A stretch of DNA of 40,041 nt from Macrostomum lignano (GCA_002269645.1 NIVC01001889.1:1-40041); one strand, 5' to 3'. Counted from the stretch's first letter, positions 1 to 11,036 are shown. Made by a program: numbers and translations. Notes: generated from the letters alone by a model not told the origin.

Positions 1-1
1 G

Positions 2-64
2 GCCTTCCGTCGCGGCCTGCTGGTTGAAGCCCTCATCTACTGCGCTGCCATGCTGGCCTCCGCG
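2..64 (+). CDS. TMEM8: TMEM8/PGAP6/myomaker-family gene copy A, internal exon (5' truncated by window edge)
   Basis: Translates AFRRGLLVEALIYCAAMLASA, then a GTGAGC donor at 65 (phase 0). Resembles human TMEM8A ...VRRFFLVEASVYAYTMFFST and splices in frame to FYHACD at 1161. Confidence 0.85.
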
Positions 65-70
65 GTGAGC

Positions 71-1060
71 CTCTCCCATCCTGACTCCCCATCCTGACTC
101 CCCATCCTGACTTCCCATTCCTGACTCTCATCCTGACTCCCCATCCTGACTCCCCATCCTGACTCTCTCCATCCTGACTCCCCATCATGAATTCTCTCCA
201 TCCTGACTCCCCATCATGATTCCCCATCCTGACACTTTCCCATCCTGACTCCCCATCCTGACTCCCCATCTGACTCTTTCCCATCCTGACTCTCCCATCC
301 TGACTCTCCCATCGTGACTCTCCCATCCTGACTCCCCATCCTGACTCTCTCATCCTGACCCCTCCCATCCTGACTCTTTCCATCCTGACTCTCCATCCTG
401 ACTCCCCATCCTGACTCTCCCATCCTGACTCTCCCATCCTGACTCCCATCCTGACTCTCCCATCTGAATCTCCCATCCTGAATCTCCCATCCTGACTCCC
501 CATCCTGACTCTCCCATCCTGACTCTCCCATCCTGACTCCCCATCCTGAATCTCCCATCCTGACTCCCCATCCTGACTCTCTCATCCTGACCCCTCCATC
601 CTGACTCCCCATCCTGACTCTCCCATCCTGAATCTCCCATCCTGACTCTCTCATCCTGACCCCTCCCATCCTGACTCCCCATCCTGACTCCCCATCCTGA
701 CTCTTTCCCATCCTGACTCCCCATCCTGACTCCCCATTCTGACTCCTCCCCATCCTGACTCCTCATCATGATTCCTCTCCATCCTGACTCCCCATCCTGA
801 CTCCCCATCATGACTCCTACCCATCATGACTCCCATTCTGACTCCTCCCCATCCTGACTCCCCATCCTGACTCCCCATCCTGACTCCCCATCCTGACTCC
901 CCATCCTGACTCCCCATCCTGACTCCCCATTCTGACTCCTCCCCATCCTGACTCCTCATCATGACTCCTATTCTGACTCCAATCCTGTCTCCCACATCCA
1001 AATCTTCCATCTTGACTCTCTCCTCTTGACTCCTCCCTCTCTGACACTCCCTGACCCTGA
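71..1060. repeat. Intronic minisatellite, 13-14-bp unit ccatcctgactcc(c)
   Basis: Unit visibly reiterated for about 1 kb and degenerating at the right end; lies in intron 65..1160. Confidence 0.95.
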
Positions 1061-1160
1061 CTCTTCCACCTCCTGACTAATCCTCATTGACCCTTACTGT
1101 CCCTGACCCATAATCTGCCCCTCATCTCCATCTTGAACCGCATCTCCCTGGCATTACCAG

Positions 1161-1424
1161 TTTTACCACGCCTGCGACAACAACTACGTGAATCAGCTGT
1201 GCGTCTTCCAATTCGATACTCTTGGCAAGCTGGACTTTCTCGGCGCTTTTCTCAGCCTATGGGTCACTCTACTCCTACTAGTGGACCTGACGCCGCAGTT
1301 GAAACAGCTGGCGCAAACTGCCGGCTCGCTGTTCCTAATGATTGGCGTGCTGATCAATCGGACTAGCTTTGTTATAATTGCTGTCCCGCTGGGTGTCGGC
1401 TTTGCGGCGCTAATCCTGTCCTGG
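1161..1424 (+). CDS. TMEM8: TMEM8-family copy A exon (transmembrane region, FYHACD motif)
   Basis: ttaccAG acceptor at 1159-1160; FYHACDNNYVNQLCVFQFDTLGKLDFLGAFLSLWVTLL...ALILSW; GTGAGG donor at 1425. Aligns by eye to TMEM8A FYHACDQPGEAVLCILSYDTLQYCDFLGSGAAIWVTIL. Confidence 0.9.
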
Positions 1425-1749
1425 GTGAGGGCTGTGCCGCAGATTGTCTCATTATTTACTCAGTTATGATTATGAAGTGGAAAGTATTAGTTAAACGAAA
1501 TCGGAGCACTACTCTAGAGCATAGATCCTTTATTCTCTAGATCAGCAAAACCATTGAGCTCAACGCAGCAATGAAAAAATTTGCGACATCAAAAACTTTT
1601 CAGTAGTGTGAACGCGCATGGTTGCTATTTTTTGTTTATGAAAGAGACAAGTGAAGCAACAGCTGCATCAAGCGTTGCGCTGTTGTCAAATGAGTAGTGA
1701 AGATGACTGATTTCGCTTAGTTGACTTTAAACCCGCGGAACACACTCCC

Positions 1750-1970
1750 CCGTTCCTCACCAATGGACACGTTCCTCACCAATGAACACACGTTCCTCAC
1801 CCATGGACATGCGTTCCTCACCCATGAAGATGCGTTCCTCACCCATGGACATACGTTCCTTACCCATGGACACACGTTCCTCACCTGCAGACACACGTTC
1901 CTCATCCATGGACACGTTCCCCACCCATGGACACGTTCCTCACCCATGGACACACGTTCCTCACCATGGA
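1750..1970. repeat. Intronic 21-bp minisatellite cacgttcctcacccatggaca (~10 copies)
   Basis: Direct tandem copies; 7-residue periodicity in the overlapping ORF translations. Confidence 0.9.
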
Positions 1971-2114
1971 TTGTCTGAAGTTTGCTACAGTATAAACTTA
2001 CAAAGCAAAATTTTGAAAAAGTTTTGATTTTCGATTTTTGATTTGAATAAGTTTTAAATCTTTATTTTTTTATTATTTCTGAAATGACATCACTTTGATT
2101 CGATAATTATTTAG

Positions 2115-2762
2115 ACCTGCCGTTGCTACACAAGCAAGCGCTGCTATCCGCCGCCGCGGCTCATTCTAACCAGCCTGCTTCCTGGCGGCTGCCTCGCCCT
2201 AGCCGGATTCGCCATGTTCGCCCTGCTGAACACGCGGTCCAATTACTATTTAGTGCACTCCGGCTGGCACTGCTGCGTAGCATTTGCTATTTTTTTGTTT
2301 CTAATACCGCTCGATCGGGTCCGGTTTCTACCGCGCAACCGCGTTGATGCCGCTTCGCCGTTCGAATCTGGTGACGCTGGCGCCGTTCGAAACTGCGGCA
2401 TTGATCGCTGCTTCGTCTTGACCAGCCGCGGCGTCGGCAACGGCGACCAACGCGCCGTCGGCGATGGCACCAGCCGGGATGTCGAATATTCCGCTCTGCC
2501 GTTGCTTCGCGCCGCCACAGCTTCGTCTAGTCGCAACGGTGACGGCGTCCTTGGAAACGGCTTGTCGCGCCGGTCGAACTCGGCCATGTCGCTACGGTCG
2601 TCTTCGTCTGGGGAAGACGAAGCGGACGCGACGAAGGCTGCAGAAGATGTCGACGGGCAGCAGATGGCGGAGGTGTCTCGGCAACTAGTCGGCGTTCGCG
2701 TTGGACGACGCAGGTCGCCTGGCCTGCAAGCTTCGGCTGGTGACTTGTCGGGCGGCCTGTAG
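2115..2762 (+). CDS. TMEM8: TMEM8-family copy A terminal exon with HSGWH motif and a long low-complexity tail
   Basis: tatttAG acceptor at 2113-2114, phase 0; TCRCYTSKRCYPPPRLILTSLLPGGCLALAGFAMFALLNTRSNYYLVHSGWHCC resembles TMEM8A RRQCYPTSWQRWAFYLLPG...DNYYYTHSIWH; stop TAG at 2760-2762. Confidence 0.9.
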   Translation, partial: TCRCYTSKRCYPPPRLILTSLLPGGCLALAGFAMFALLNTRSNYYLVHSGWHCCVAFAIFLFLIPLDRVRFLPRNRVDAASPFESGDAGAVRNCGIDRCFVLTSRGVGNGDQRAVGDGTSRDVEYSALPLLRAATASSSRNGDGVLGNGLSRRSNSAMSLRSSSSGEDEADATKAAEDVDGQQMAEVSRQLVGVRVGRRRSPGLQASAGDLSGGL

Positions 2763-2867
2763 TCACTGTCTGACTGCCTCTTGCATGAGCAGCTGCTGAT
2801 TAAAAAGATTCTCAAGAAAATTTCTCACCAGATATATATACCTTAAACCCTAGTACGTCCTTAGTAA

Positions 2868-3714
2868 GTTCTTACACCCCTCCTATCTCTGCATCTGTTC
2901 AATAGATTTTTGTAAAAAATTACACAAAACATTGACCAATATGTAATGAATTCAGTGCTGAGGGTTTACAGAGCAAAAGCAATCGATCATTTATTGAGGG
3001 ACCTACGAAATTAGCAATACGATTTTAAACTCAACAAAATGTAACAGTTAACGAGCGAAACAGTTTAAACTTCAAACTGACAAGTTCCAGAGCTTCAAGA
3101 AACAGATCACCAATCGTGAAAATCTTCAGAAGAATCCACGCCGGCCACATATCCTTAGGTGTCGCTCTAATCAGCCCCTCCGCAGCCGCTTCTTGCAGCT
3201 CAGGGGAAGCTGGCGAACCGCTGGCCTCTTGGACTCATCCTGTGTGCTGAATCTGCTCAGATTGAACTCGTCTCCCAGAGCTGAAATTGCCGCCCTTTGT
3301 TGCAAGCAGACTTCGTGTCGGCGACTCTTTTGCTGTTAAACCATCTGAGGCTGGTTCCGCGTCTCAGCGTCTGAATCTCTGCGCACTCTGGCTATGCTGC
3401 TTACTGCTTTGTTCTTTTTTCTCTTTAATCCATGACTAAACCTTCACAGCTTGCATTAGTATTAAATCAATACTCAGCGGGAGCAGTGATATTTTGGAGC
3501 TGCAATGTCACCACTGGAGTCCAGATTCGATGCTCTTCAAAAATCGTATTGCTAATTTCGTGGGTTCCTCAGTAGATGATCGATTGCTTTTGCTCTGTCA
3601 ACCCGATTAAGCTGAAACATTAGCACTGAATTCATTACATATTGGCCCATGTTTGTGTAAATTTTTACAAAAATCGATTGAACAGATGCAGAGATGGAAG
3701 GGGTGTCTAAGAAC
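2868..3714. mobile_element. Non-autonomous DNA transposon / MITE with ~160-bp imperfect terminal inverted repeats
   Basis: 2868..~3028 is the reverse complement of ~3538..3714 (e.g. gcatctgttcaat...atgtaatgaattcagtgct, cagagcaaaagcaatcgatcat), with a ~15-bp insert in the right arm. No target duplication identified. Confidence 0.7.
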
Positions 3715-4464
3715 CTTTATTTTATCCAGCAACCTATAATTACTATTATACAGCGAATGGTCACGATCCAAGCATTAACTATATGGGCGATTTGCAATCA
3801 AACATGACAAGTCAGCCCTGTTTATTTTATCACTCTTGCTGTGCTTCGAGGTTTGAACAGAAGTCTCCTAGCTCTTTGCTCCGCAAATTCTTTGTTTGTC
3901 TTTGTTTGTCTTTGTTTAGTTTTACTCTGGTGCTACAAAAATATTCTATATTCGTCTTTGTCACAGATGTTGCAGTCGCATTCGCTTTTAATACGTCGAA
4001 CACGCGGCTGTTTGTCTGCTTTTCGTAACTTGGTTAATTGGTTTGTCAAATGTTCTTAAATAATTTTGTCTCTATTGCGTTTCAACACATGTAACACATG
4101 CATGGCTTGGGCTTATGAAATAAAAAGAAAACAATATGAAAATGTACATAAAGCTACATAAAATATAACAGATTAATACGAGGTGCATGCTAAATTAAAG
4201 AAAATGTAATCCTCGCTGCCCCAGATCAAATGCAAGCATTGATTTTCTAATGAGAAAATGATTTTTTTCTATCTCCTCAAGGGCAATCTTGGAAAATTTT
4301 CCATGAAAGTGGCCTCCAAAAAGTAAAACGATCTTAGAGTTTTCCGTCTAATACTACAGTGGTGCTTGCATAAATCATGCTATCTGTAATGCCATTTTGT
4401 TGAGTAGACTTCTGTAAAGTTTTTAAATTCTCCTTTACATTTGCCATATCATGCAATAGAGGGT

Positions 4465-4561
4465 TCATCGGAAGTCAGAGTTTAAGGCAATGGCCTTTGA
4501 CATGGCCTTGCTACCGCCGCTCGTGTCAAAGGCCATTGCCTTAAACTCTGACTTCCGATGA
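4465..4561. repeat. Perfect 38-bp inverted repeat with 21-nt spacer
   Basis: tcatcggaagtcagagtttaaggcaatggcctttgaca (4465..4502) and its exact reverse complement (4524..4561). Confidence 0.95.
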
Positions 4562-5024
4562 GCATCATTGCTTAAAATTTCAAAACTCTTACGTAATCTA
4601 CGCACTTTATGTACACTATCGTGAATTCTTATCAGTCGATGCTGCTAAGGGGGTTTGAGATAAGGTTACCTCCACCTCGCCTATGTCTCACCTTTAAGTC
4701 GCGCACCTGAAATCACCCACCCCTTACTCTGCACCCACCCCTAAATTAATTACAAATATAAATATTTGCGTGTCTAGAGGTCAAATCTCAGATAGAGAAA
4801 AGCGGACGGCTGCAGAGATGGAGGCACCGCTCATTAATTGGAAGCATTTGCCCTGCAGTGAGCTGGGCAACGTGACCAAGGACGAATTGAATTTTGTTTC
4901 GGAGGCTTCTTACAATGACAGAAGGGACGACGAGTTCGCTAGATTTCTCGAATTCATTCAAAAGGAGCCCGAGCCCGATGAGCATCTGCCGCTCCTGTAG
5001 GAAGGCGGCGTAGATATCAGCGCC

Positions 5025-5872
5025 ATGGACATCGCCGAGATTGTCAGCCTACCAGCAGACAGCAGGAAGCACATGATCAGCCATGGACAGCGGTTCAGGA
5101 CATTCCTCACAGAGGAAAATCTTCAGCGCAATTTACAAACCATTCCGAATTCGGTGCTCAACCAATACATTCGCTACTTCTACTTTAAACTGAAGAAGAT
5201 TGACGGCGAACCCTACTCTCCCGCATCGCTGGTGTGCATCAGGGCTGGACTGCAGCGCTATTTGCGAATGATCGAGAAGCTAACCGTTGACATCATCAAT
5301 GGAGAAGACTTTTCTTCTGAAAATAGCATGCTGCGTGTGAAGGTTCGAGACTTTCACCGGAGTGGTGGGAGGACGCAGCAGTTTGAGCCAATCGAGGAGG
5401 GGGACATGAGGAAGCTGATGATCTACTTCCAAGGCAGCACAGCTGAAGTTGAGCAGGACAAATTCTTATTCTACATCATATACAGCTTTGGCGAGCGAGG
5501 CCAGGAGCACCTCAAGTTCTTGAAGGATAGAAGCTCACTTCAATTGCACGTCGACTCTGATGGAAAGCCGTACTACTGTCTGCCTCCGTTGCCCTCGAAA
5601 AATAAGTCAGCAGATCCAGAGAAGGCCAAGAAGCAGCCGGACAACAAGCAGGCCAGAATTTACGACGTGGAAAAGGTGGAGAAATACCTCAAGCTGCTTC
5701 CAGTTACAACGAAGGACAACAATCTGTTTCCTCGTCCTTTGGCCAGCCGCAACGATGGAGGCCCTGTTTTCTCCTCGAAGCAGAACCGTGGAGAGAATTA
5801 TCTGAGTGGCTTCATGAGAAACTTGAGTACGAAGGTGGGACTTGCGAAGACCTACACGAATCATTGCATTCG
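5025..5872 (+). CDS. Crypton (CryptonA / DUF3504-like) tyrosine recombinase, exon 1
   Basis: LKKIDGEPYSPASLVCIRAGLQRYL (typical of CryptonA/ZMYM/KCTD1 YR domains), FGERGQE (catalytic Arg), SKNK (Lys), YTNHCIR (HxxR); GTAAGA donor at 5873, phase 2. Frame is open upstream to ATG 4818 except for one TAG at 4998-5000. Confidence 0.85.
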
Positions 5873-5976
5873 GTAAGACTGATAAATTAATAATAGTAAC
5901 TTTAATTATGTTATGATACATGTTATGTTACCAATTACTCATGAATCCAACTATATAAATTTGCACTCTAAAACAG

Positions 5977-6301
5977 GGTCACGCGAATATGCGATCTCGA
6001 GGCGGCAGGGCACAGCATGAGCGATATAATGAGCATTACTGGACAGCTGAGCGAGCGAAAGACTAGGAGGTACCTGGCCAAGCGTCGCGACCGGTCGCTT
6101 CAAAAGACGAGTGAGTCTGTTCACATGAATCGTCATGATCTAGAGCAAGAAGCTGGGCCACCCGAACATGCTGATGCTGTTGAGATCGTCGGTGAGACTG
6201 CAGTATCGACGGAGGTTAGTGTTAGCACTGAAGCTGCCTATTCTGTTGGTACGAAGTTTGCCTTCAACAATTGCACCTTTCACGGATGTTCCTTTAATTA
6301 G
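5977..6301 (+). CDS. Crypton tyrosine recombinase, exon 2
   Basis: aaacAG acceptor at 5975-5976; CG+G completes Arg, then VTRICDLEAAGHSMSDIMSITGQLSERKTRRYL, the YR C-terminal box with nucleophile Tyr; stop at 6299-6301; AATAAA near 6430. Confidence 0.85.
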
Positions 6302-7279
6302 GCATGCAATCTTTACTTCTACAGGAATTAGCAAATTGTACTCGTAGAATTACTGAAAGAATAAGAACGACAGTCTAGTTTAATATTTTTTATTTAATGA
6401 CTGTGCCAGTTTAATTATTTACATCTTAAAATAAACGTTTTGAATTGACTGATGCAAGATCCGCTTTGCAAGATGCTGGATAAAAACTGGCTTGAATTAA
6501 TTGGTTGCATTGAAATTGGAATTCTAGGCAATGGCCGGCCATTGCCATGGGTCATTGTCATGAGGAGAAATTTTGGGCAATGACATTTCTAGAATTATCT
6601 TAAACTTCGTAGCCATGCAAGTTCACATAGTATTAGCGTTAAATGAGTTGATTGAAATAATATCCTGTATTTTAAATTAAAAAACATTGTTAGCAAAGTG
6701 AATCGTTAGCTTAATCTGATTAAATATGGTTCTTTTCTGACTATTATGTTGAAATCAATAGCGTTTATTTAAATTTTGTACTTTTGTATCGCAAAATTAT
6801 ATATGACAACAACACTTCACTTCACATTACATTGCCTACAGGGCATATTTTTATGAAAGTCATTACCCATTTATCATGATTAATTATAATTTACCATTGT
6901 AAGGTCATAGTATATGATAACCATTGACGGGATAGCCTAAAGATAAATCCAGACTTAGATAATATTGTGTAAGAGTTTTAAAGATCTTGACCTAGAATAT
7001 AATTGACAGTGACAATCATATTTTTTACCTTTTCTAATTTCTGATTGTCTTAAAGCTTGGACAATTTACCTTTTCTAACTTTTGATTGCCTTAGACCATT
7101 TAAAACTAAGGTTTGTTCATTGAGCCTAGTTACTATACTAATTAAAACAGGTCTAGGGCCTGGGCTAGGTTGCTAGGCCTAGGCCTATTACATGCTACAT
7201 GTATATTTACCAAAAAAATGTTTCATACATCTACATGATACATTGAAGAAATCTCAAAGTAAATACTATACATTCTATG

Positions 7280-7906
7280 CACTAGATTCTAAAATATTGG
7301 TTTTTGCATGCCAAGTGAGACACCCCTCAAGCAATCTGAGACTGAATAGCAAAAACACTACTGTCTATGGCCACCCCTCGCTGCAGCCCAGCTTTTTGGG
7401 ATCGCCTTGCAAGCAAAGTGAGAAATTTTTTCAAGCTAAGTGAGAACCATATTGAAAACAAAGGGGTGGTTTTACGAAATTACAAAATGATGTACTGTCG
7501 GAAACTATATATTTAGAAAAGGATACGCAGGAACACAACAAAACAAGCGGTACAAAAATTGTTGATAATGTTATAAGCGTTCAAATAAAGGGTTGCATGT
7601 TGATACACTGAGCAAACTTTCGAGTGCAGTGGAGCTCCCAGCCTGCGATCTTGTGCGGAGTAATGAATGACATGCAGCGATTCTCTTCCAAGCTCGTTGC
7701 TTGTTAAACGCAGTTGATTTGCCATAGCCCAGCCTTTGTTTTCAATATGCCTCTCACTCAGCTTGAAAAAATTTCTCACTGCTTGCAAGGCGATCCCAAA
7801 AAGCTGGGCCGCAGCGAGGGGTGGCCATAGACAATAGTGTTTTTGCTATTCAGTCTCAGATTGCTTGAAAAATGTCTCACTTAGCATGCAAAAACCAATA
7901 CTAGTG
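7280..7906. mobile_element. Non-autonomous CACTA-ended element (627 bp), ~150-bp TIRs, 3-bp TSD ATG
   Basis: Begins CACTAG at 7280 and ends CTAGTG at 7906; ATG on both flanks (7277-7279, 7907-7909); 7295..~7445 is the reverse complement of ~7750..7900. Confidence 0.85.
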
Positions 7907-8105
7907 ATGCTATAGCCATATAGGGTAACAGTCCACTTCGTTAACAGCCATTTCGGTAACAGCCACTTCGGTAACAAGTGAGAATAATATAATATTCATT
8001 AATTGATAGGTTCCGAAAGGATGTGCGAACAAACTATAATGAAAGAACGACAAAACACATGCGTACCTGCATGTGCTTAACTTGCTTTAAAGTGTTTTAA
8101 CCGAT

Positions 8106-8475
8106 CTACAGCTCGCACGCAGTTTCTGAATTGGATGAGGCTGAAGTAGCCAATAACGACAGGTTAGCCGAAGGCGGCCGACATTTCCGGTGCAAGCGCA
8201 CCGATACAGTCACACTAACTGGAACTTTATTAGCAGCCAATGACAAATAATTGGCATCGGACAGAGGCGACAATTGGCCGGCGAATATTCGCTTAGTAGA
8301 CGTTAATCTTGCTGACAGCTGGCGAGGGTCGGCAACGGAGCCGGCTGACACGAGAGCGAACAGCGCGCAGCCGGATTCGCTGGCATTTCTGAGGCCTAAG
8401 CCGGCAAAGTGGATTTTCGGAGTGCAGTCGAAGATCTCGAGTTCAACGCTGTAGGCAAACTCGGGCAGGGCGAGG
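8106..8475 (-). CDS. TMEM8: TMEM8-family copy B ectodomain exon (last recognisable exon)
   Basis: aattttAG acceptor, phase 2; (R)LALPEFAYSVELEIFDC...QLSPLSDANYLSL...VSVTVSVRLHRKCRPP aligns to TMEM8A KVFVPDYTRELLLELRDC...LPSPPWDRWLQV...VAFSAVAALTACRP. Reads to TAG at 8106-8108, or exits at a weak GTAGAT donor overlapping it. Confidence 0.7.
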
Positions 8476-8533
8476 CTAAAATTGTTTGTAGAAGTTAAAA
8501 ACAACTGATTGTAAACACTAGACAGGGCAGGGG

Positions 8534-10635
8534 TCTCACAAGCTCGAATCATATCAGCTTGAAATCTCATAAGCTCGAATCTCATAAACTCGAATCTCAT
8601 AAGCTCGAATCTCATAAACTCGAATTTCATAAACTCAAATCTAATAAACTAGAATCTCACAAGCTCGAATCTAACAAACTCAAATCCCATAAGCTCGAAT
8701 CTAACAAACTTAAATCTCATAAAGTCAAATCTCATAAGCTCGAATCTTACAAACTTAAATCACATAAAGTCGAATCTCATAAGCTCGAATCTTACAAACT
8801 TAAATCTCATAAAGTCGAATCTCACAAGCTCGAATCTAACAAACTCAAATCTCATAAGCTCGAATCTCATAAACTCGAATCTAACAAACTTAAATCTCAT
8901 AAAGTCGAATCTCATAAGCTCGAATCTTACAAACTTAAATCTCATAAAGTCGAATCTCATAAGCTCAAATCTCATAAGCTCGAATCTCATAAGCTCGAAT
9001 CTCATAAGCTCAAATCTCATAAGCTCAAATCTCATAAGCTCGAATCTCATAAGTTCGAATCTCATAAGTTCGAATCTCATAAGTTCGAATCTAACAAACT
9101 CAAATCTAAGCTCGAATCTAACAAACTCGAATCTCATAAGCTAGAATCTCCAAGCTCGAATCTCAAGCTCGAATCTCACAAGCTCAAATCTCATAAGCTC
9201 GAATCTCATAAGCTCGAATCTAAAAAACTCAAATCTCATAAGTTCGAATCTCATAAGCTCGAAATCCCATAAGCTCAAAATCTCATAAGCTCGAAATCTC
9301 ATAAGCTCGAATCTCACCAGCTCGAAATCTCATAAGCTCGAATGTCATAAGCTCAAATCTCATAAGCTCGAATCTCATAAGCTAGAATCTCATAAGCTCA
9401 AATCTCATAAGCTCGAATCTCATAAGCTCAAATCTCATAAGCTCGAATCTCATAAGCTCGAATCTCACCAGCTCGAATCTCATAAGCTCGAATCTCATAA
9501 GCTCGAATCTCATAAGTTCGAATCTAACAAACTCAAATCTAAGCTCGAATCTAACAAACTCGAATCTCATAAGCTAGAATCTCACAAGCTCGAATCTCAA
9601 GCTCGAATCTCACAAGCTGAAATCTCATAAGCTCGAATCTCATAAGCTCGAATCTAAAAAACTCAAATCTCATAAGCTCGAATCTCATAAGCTCGAAATC
9701 CCATAAGCTCAAAATCTCATAAGCTCGAAATCTCATAAGCTCGAATCTCACCAGCTCGAAATCTCATAAGCTCGAATGTCATAAGCTCAAATCTCATAAG
9801 CTCGAATCTCATAAGCTAGAATCTCATAAGCTCAAATCTCATAAGCTCGAATCTCATAAGCTCAAATCTCATAAGCTCGAATCTCATAAGCTCGAATCTC
9901 ACCAGCTCGAATCTCATAAGCTCGAATCTCATAAGTTCGAATCTAACAAACTCAAATCTAAGCTCGAATCTAACAAACTCGAATCTCATAAGCTAGAATC
10001 TCACAAGCTCGAATCTCAAGCTCGAATCTCACAAGCTGAAATATCATAAGCTCGAATCTCATAAGCTCGAATCTAAAAAACTCAAATCTCATAAGCTCGA
10101 ATCTCATAAGCTCGAAATCTCATAAGCTCGAAATCTCATAAGCTCGAATCTCATAAGCTCGAATCTCATAAGCTCGAATCTCATAAGTTCGAATCTAACA
10201 AACTCAAATCTAAGCTCGAATCTCATAAGCTAGAATCTCACAAGCTCGAATCTCAAGCTCGAATCTCACAAGCTGAAATCTCATAAGCTCGAATCTCATA
10301 AGCTCGAATCTAAAAAACTCAAATCTCATAAGCTCGAATCTCATAAGCTCGAAATCTCATAAGCTCGAAATCTCATAAGCTCGAATCTCACCAGCTCGAA
10401 ATCTCATAAGCTCGAATGTCATAAGCTCAAATCTCATAAACTGAATTTCATAAGCTCGAATCTAACAAACTCAAATCTAAGCTCGAATCTAACAAACTCG
10501 AATCTCATAAGCTCGAATCTAAAAAACGTCAAATCTCATAAGCTCGAATCTAACAAACTCAAATCTAAGCTAGAATTTCACAAGCTCGAATCTCACAAGC
10601 TCGAATCTCATAAACTCGAATCTGAAGAGCTCGAA
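8534..10635. repeat. Intronic 15-bp minisatellite ctcgaatctcataag with higher-order repeats
   Basis: About 2.1 kb of the unit; the variant taaaaaactc recurs at 9221, 9655, 10074 and 10311. Confidence 0.95.
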
Positions 10636-10761
10636 ATTTTACATTGTTAACTTTGTAAAGTTTTAACCTAGCGGAATTCCGATGTACGAAATAAAAGATT
10701 CAATTCGGCATTCTTAGCGTTTAATGCCTGCAAAAATGACAGGAATAGGGGTTATACTCAC

Positions 10762-10895
10762 CGGAAGAATTGCACCTGGCCAATAAGTATTCGCACAGTA
10801 ACATTAGTATCCAGGCTAAGCAGGGGCGTAGTGATTGGCACATAACCAGATAGCATAATGTTCACGGCATAGGAGCATGGCGTCTTTTTTATGCC
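10762..10895 (-). CDS. TMEM8: TMEM8-family copy B exon
   Basis: atttttAG acceptor (phase 0) and GTGAGT donor (phase 2), 134 nt; GIKKTPCSYAVNIML...QVQFF(R) resembles TMEM8A GLAPTCAYVFQPEL...; phases match both neighbours. Not present in the ORF track. Confidence 0.7.
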
Positions 10896-11036
10896 CTAAA
10901 AATTGTTTGCGATTTAAAAGTACAAGTATGCAGCACTGAAATACGTTTGCTTGTGTCCGCTGAAGAGCATTAAAAAACGAAATCTGAAGATTAAGCATCT
11001 AGCATTAAGATTTTTGTCTAAGAATAGGCGTACAGT

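Larger units (their letters stand above)
4465..6596 (+). mobile_element. Putative Crypton element (boundaries inferred)
   Basis: YR gene flanked on the left by the 38-bp hairpin and on the right by a cluster of the same GGCAATGRC motif in inverted orientations (6520..6596). Exact ends not established. Confidence 0.5.

Noticed and set aside
33-1047. Minus-strand ORFs rich in MGSQDGESGW
   Set aside because: Translations of the intronic 13-14-bp minisatellite; no independent coding signal.
2246-2815. 189-aa minus-strand ORF
   Set aside because: Antisense shadow of the GC-rich TMEM8 terminal exon.
7925-7975. Three 15-bp repeats ccacttcggtaacag resembling a transposon subterminal repeat
   Set aside because: No reverse-complement partner found in the window.
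8559-9751. KLESH / MRFEL ORFs up to 237 aa
   Set aside because: Products of a 15-bp (frame-preserving) intronic satellite.
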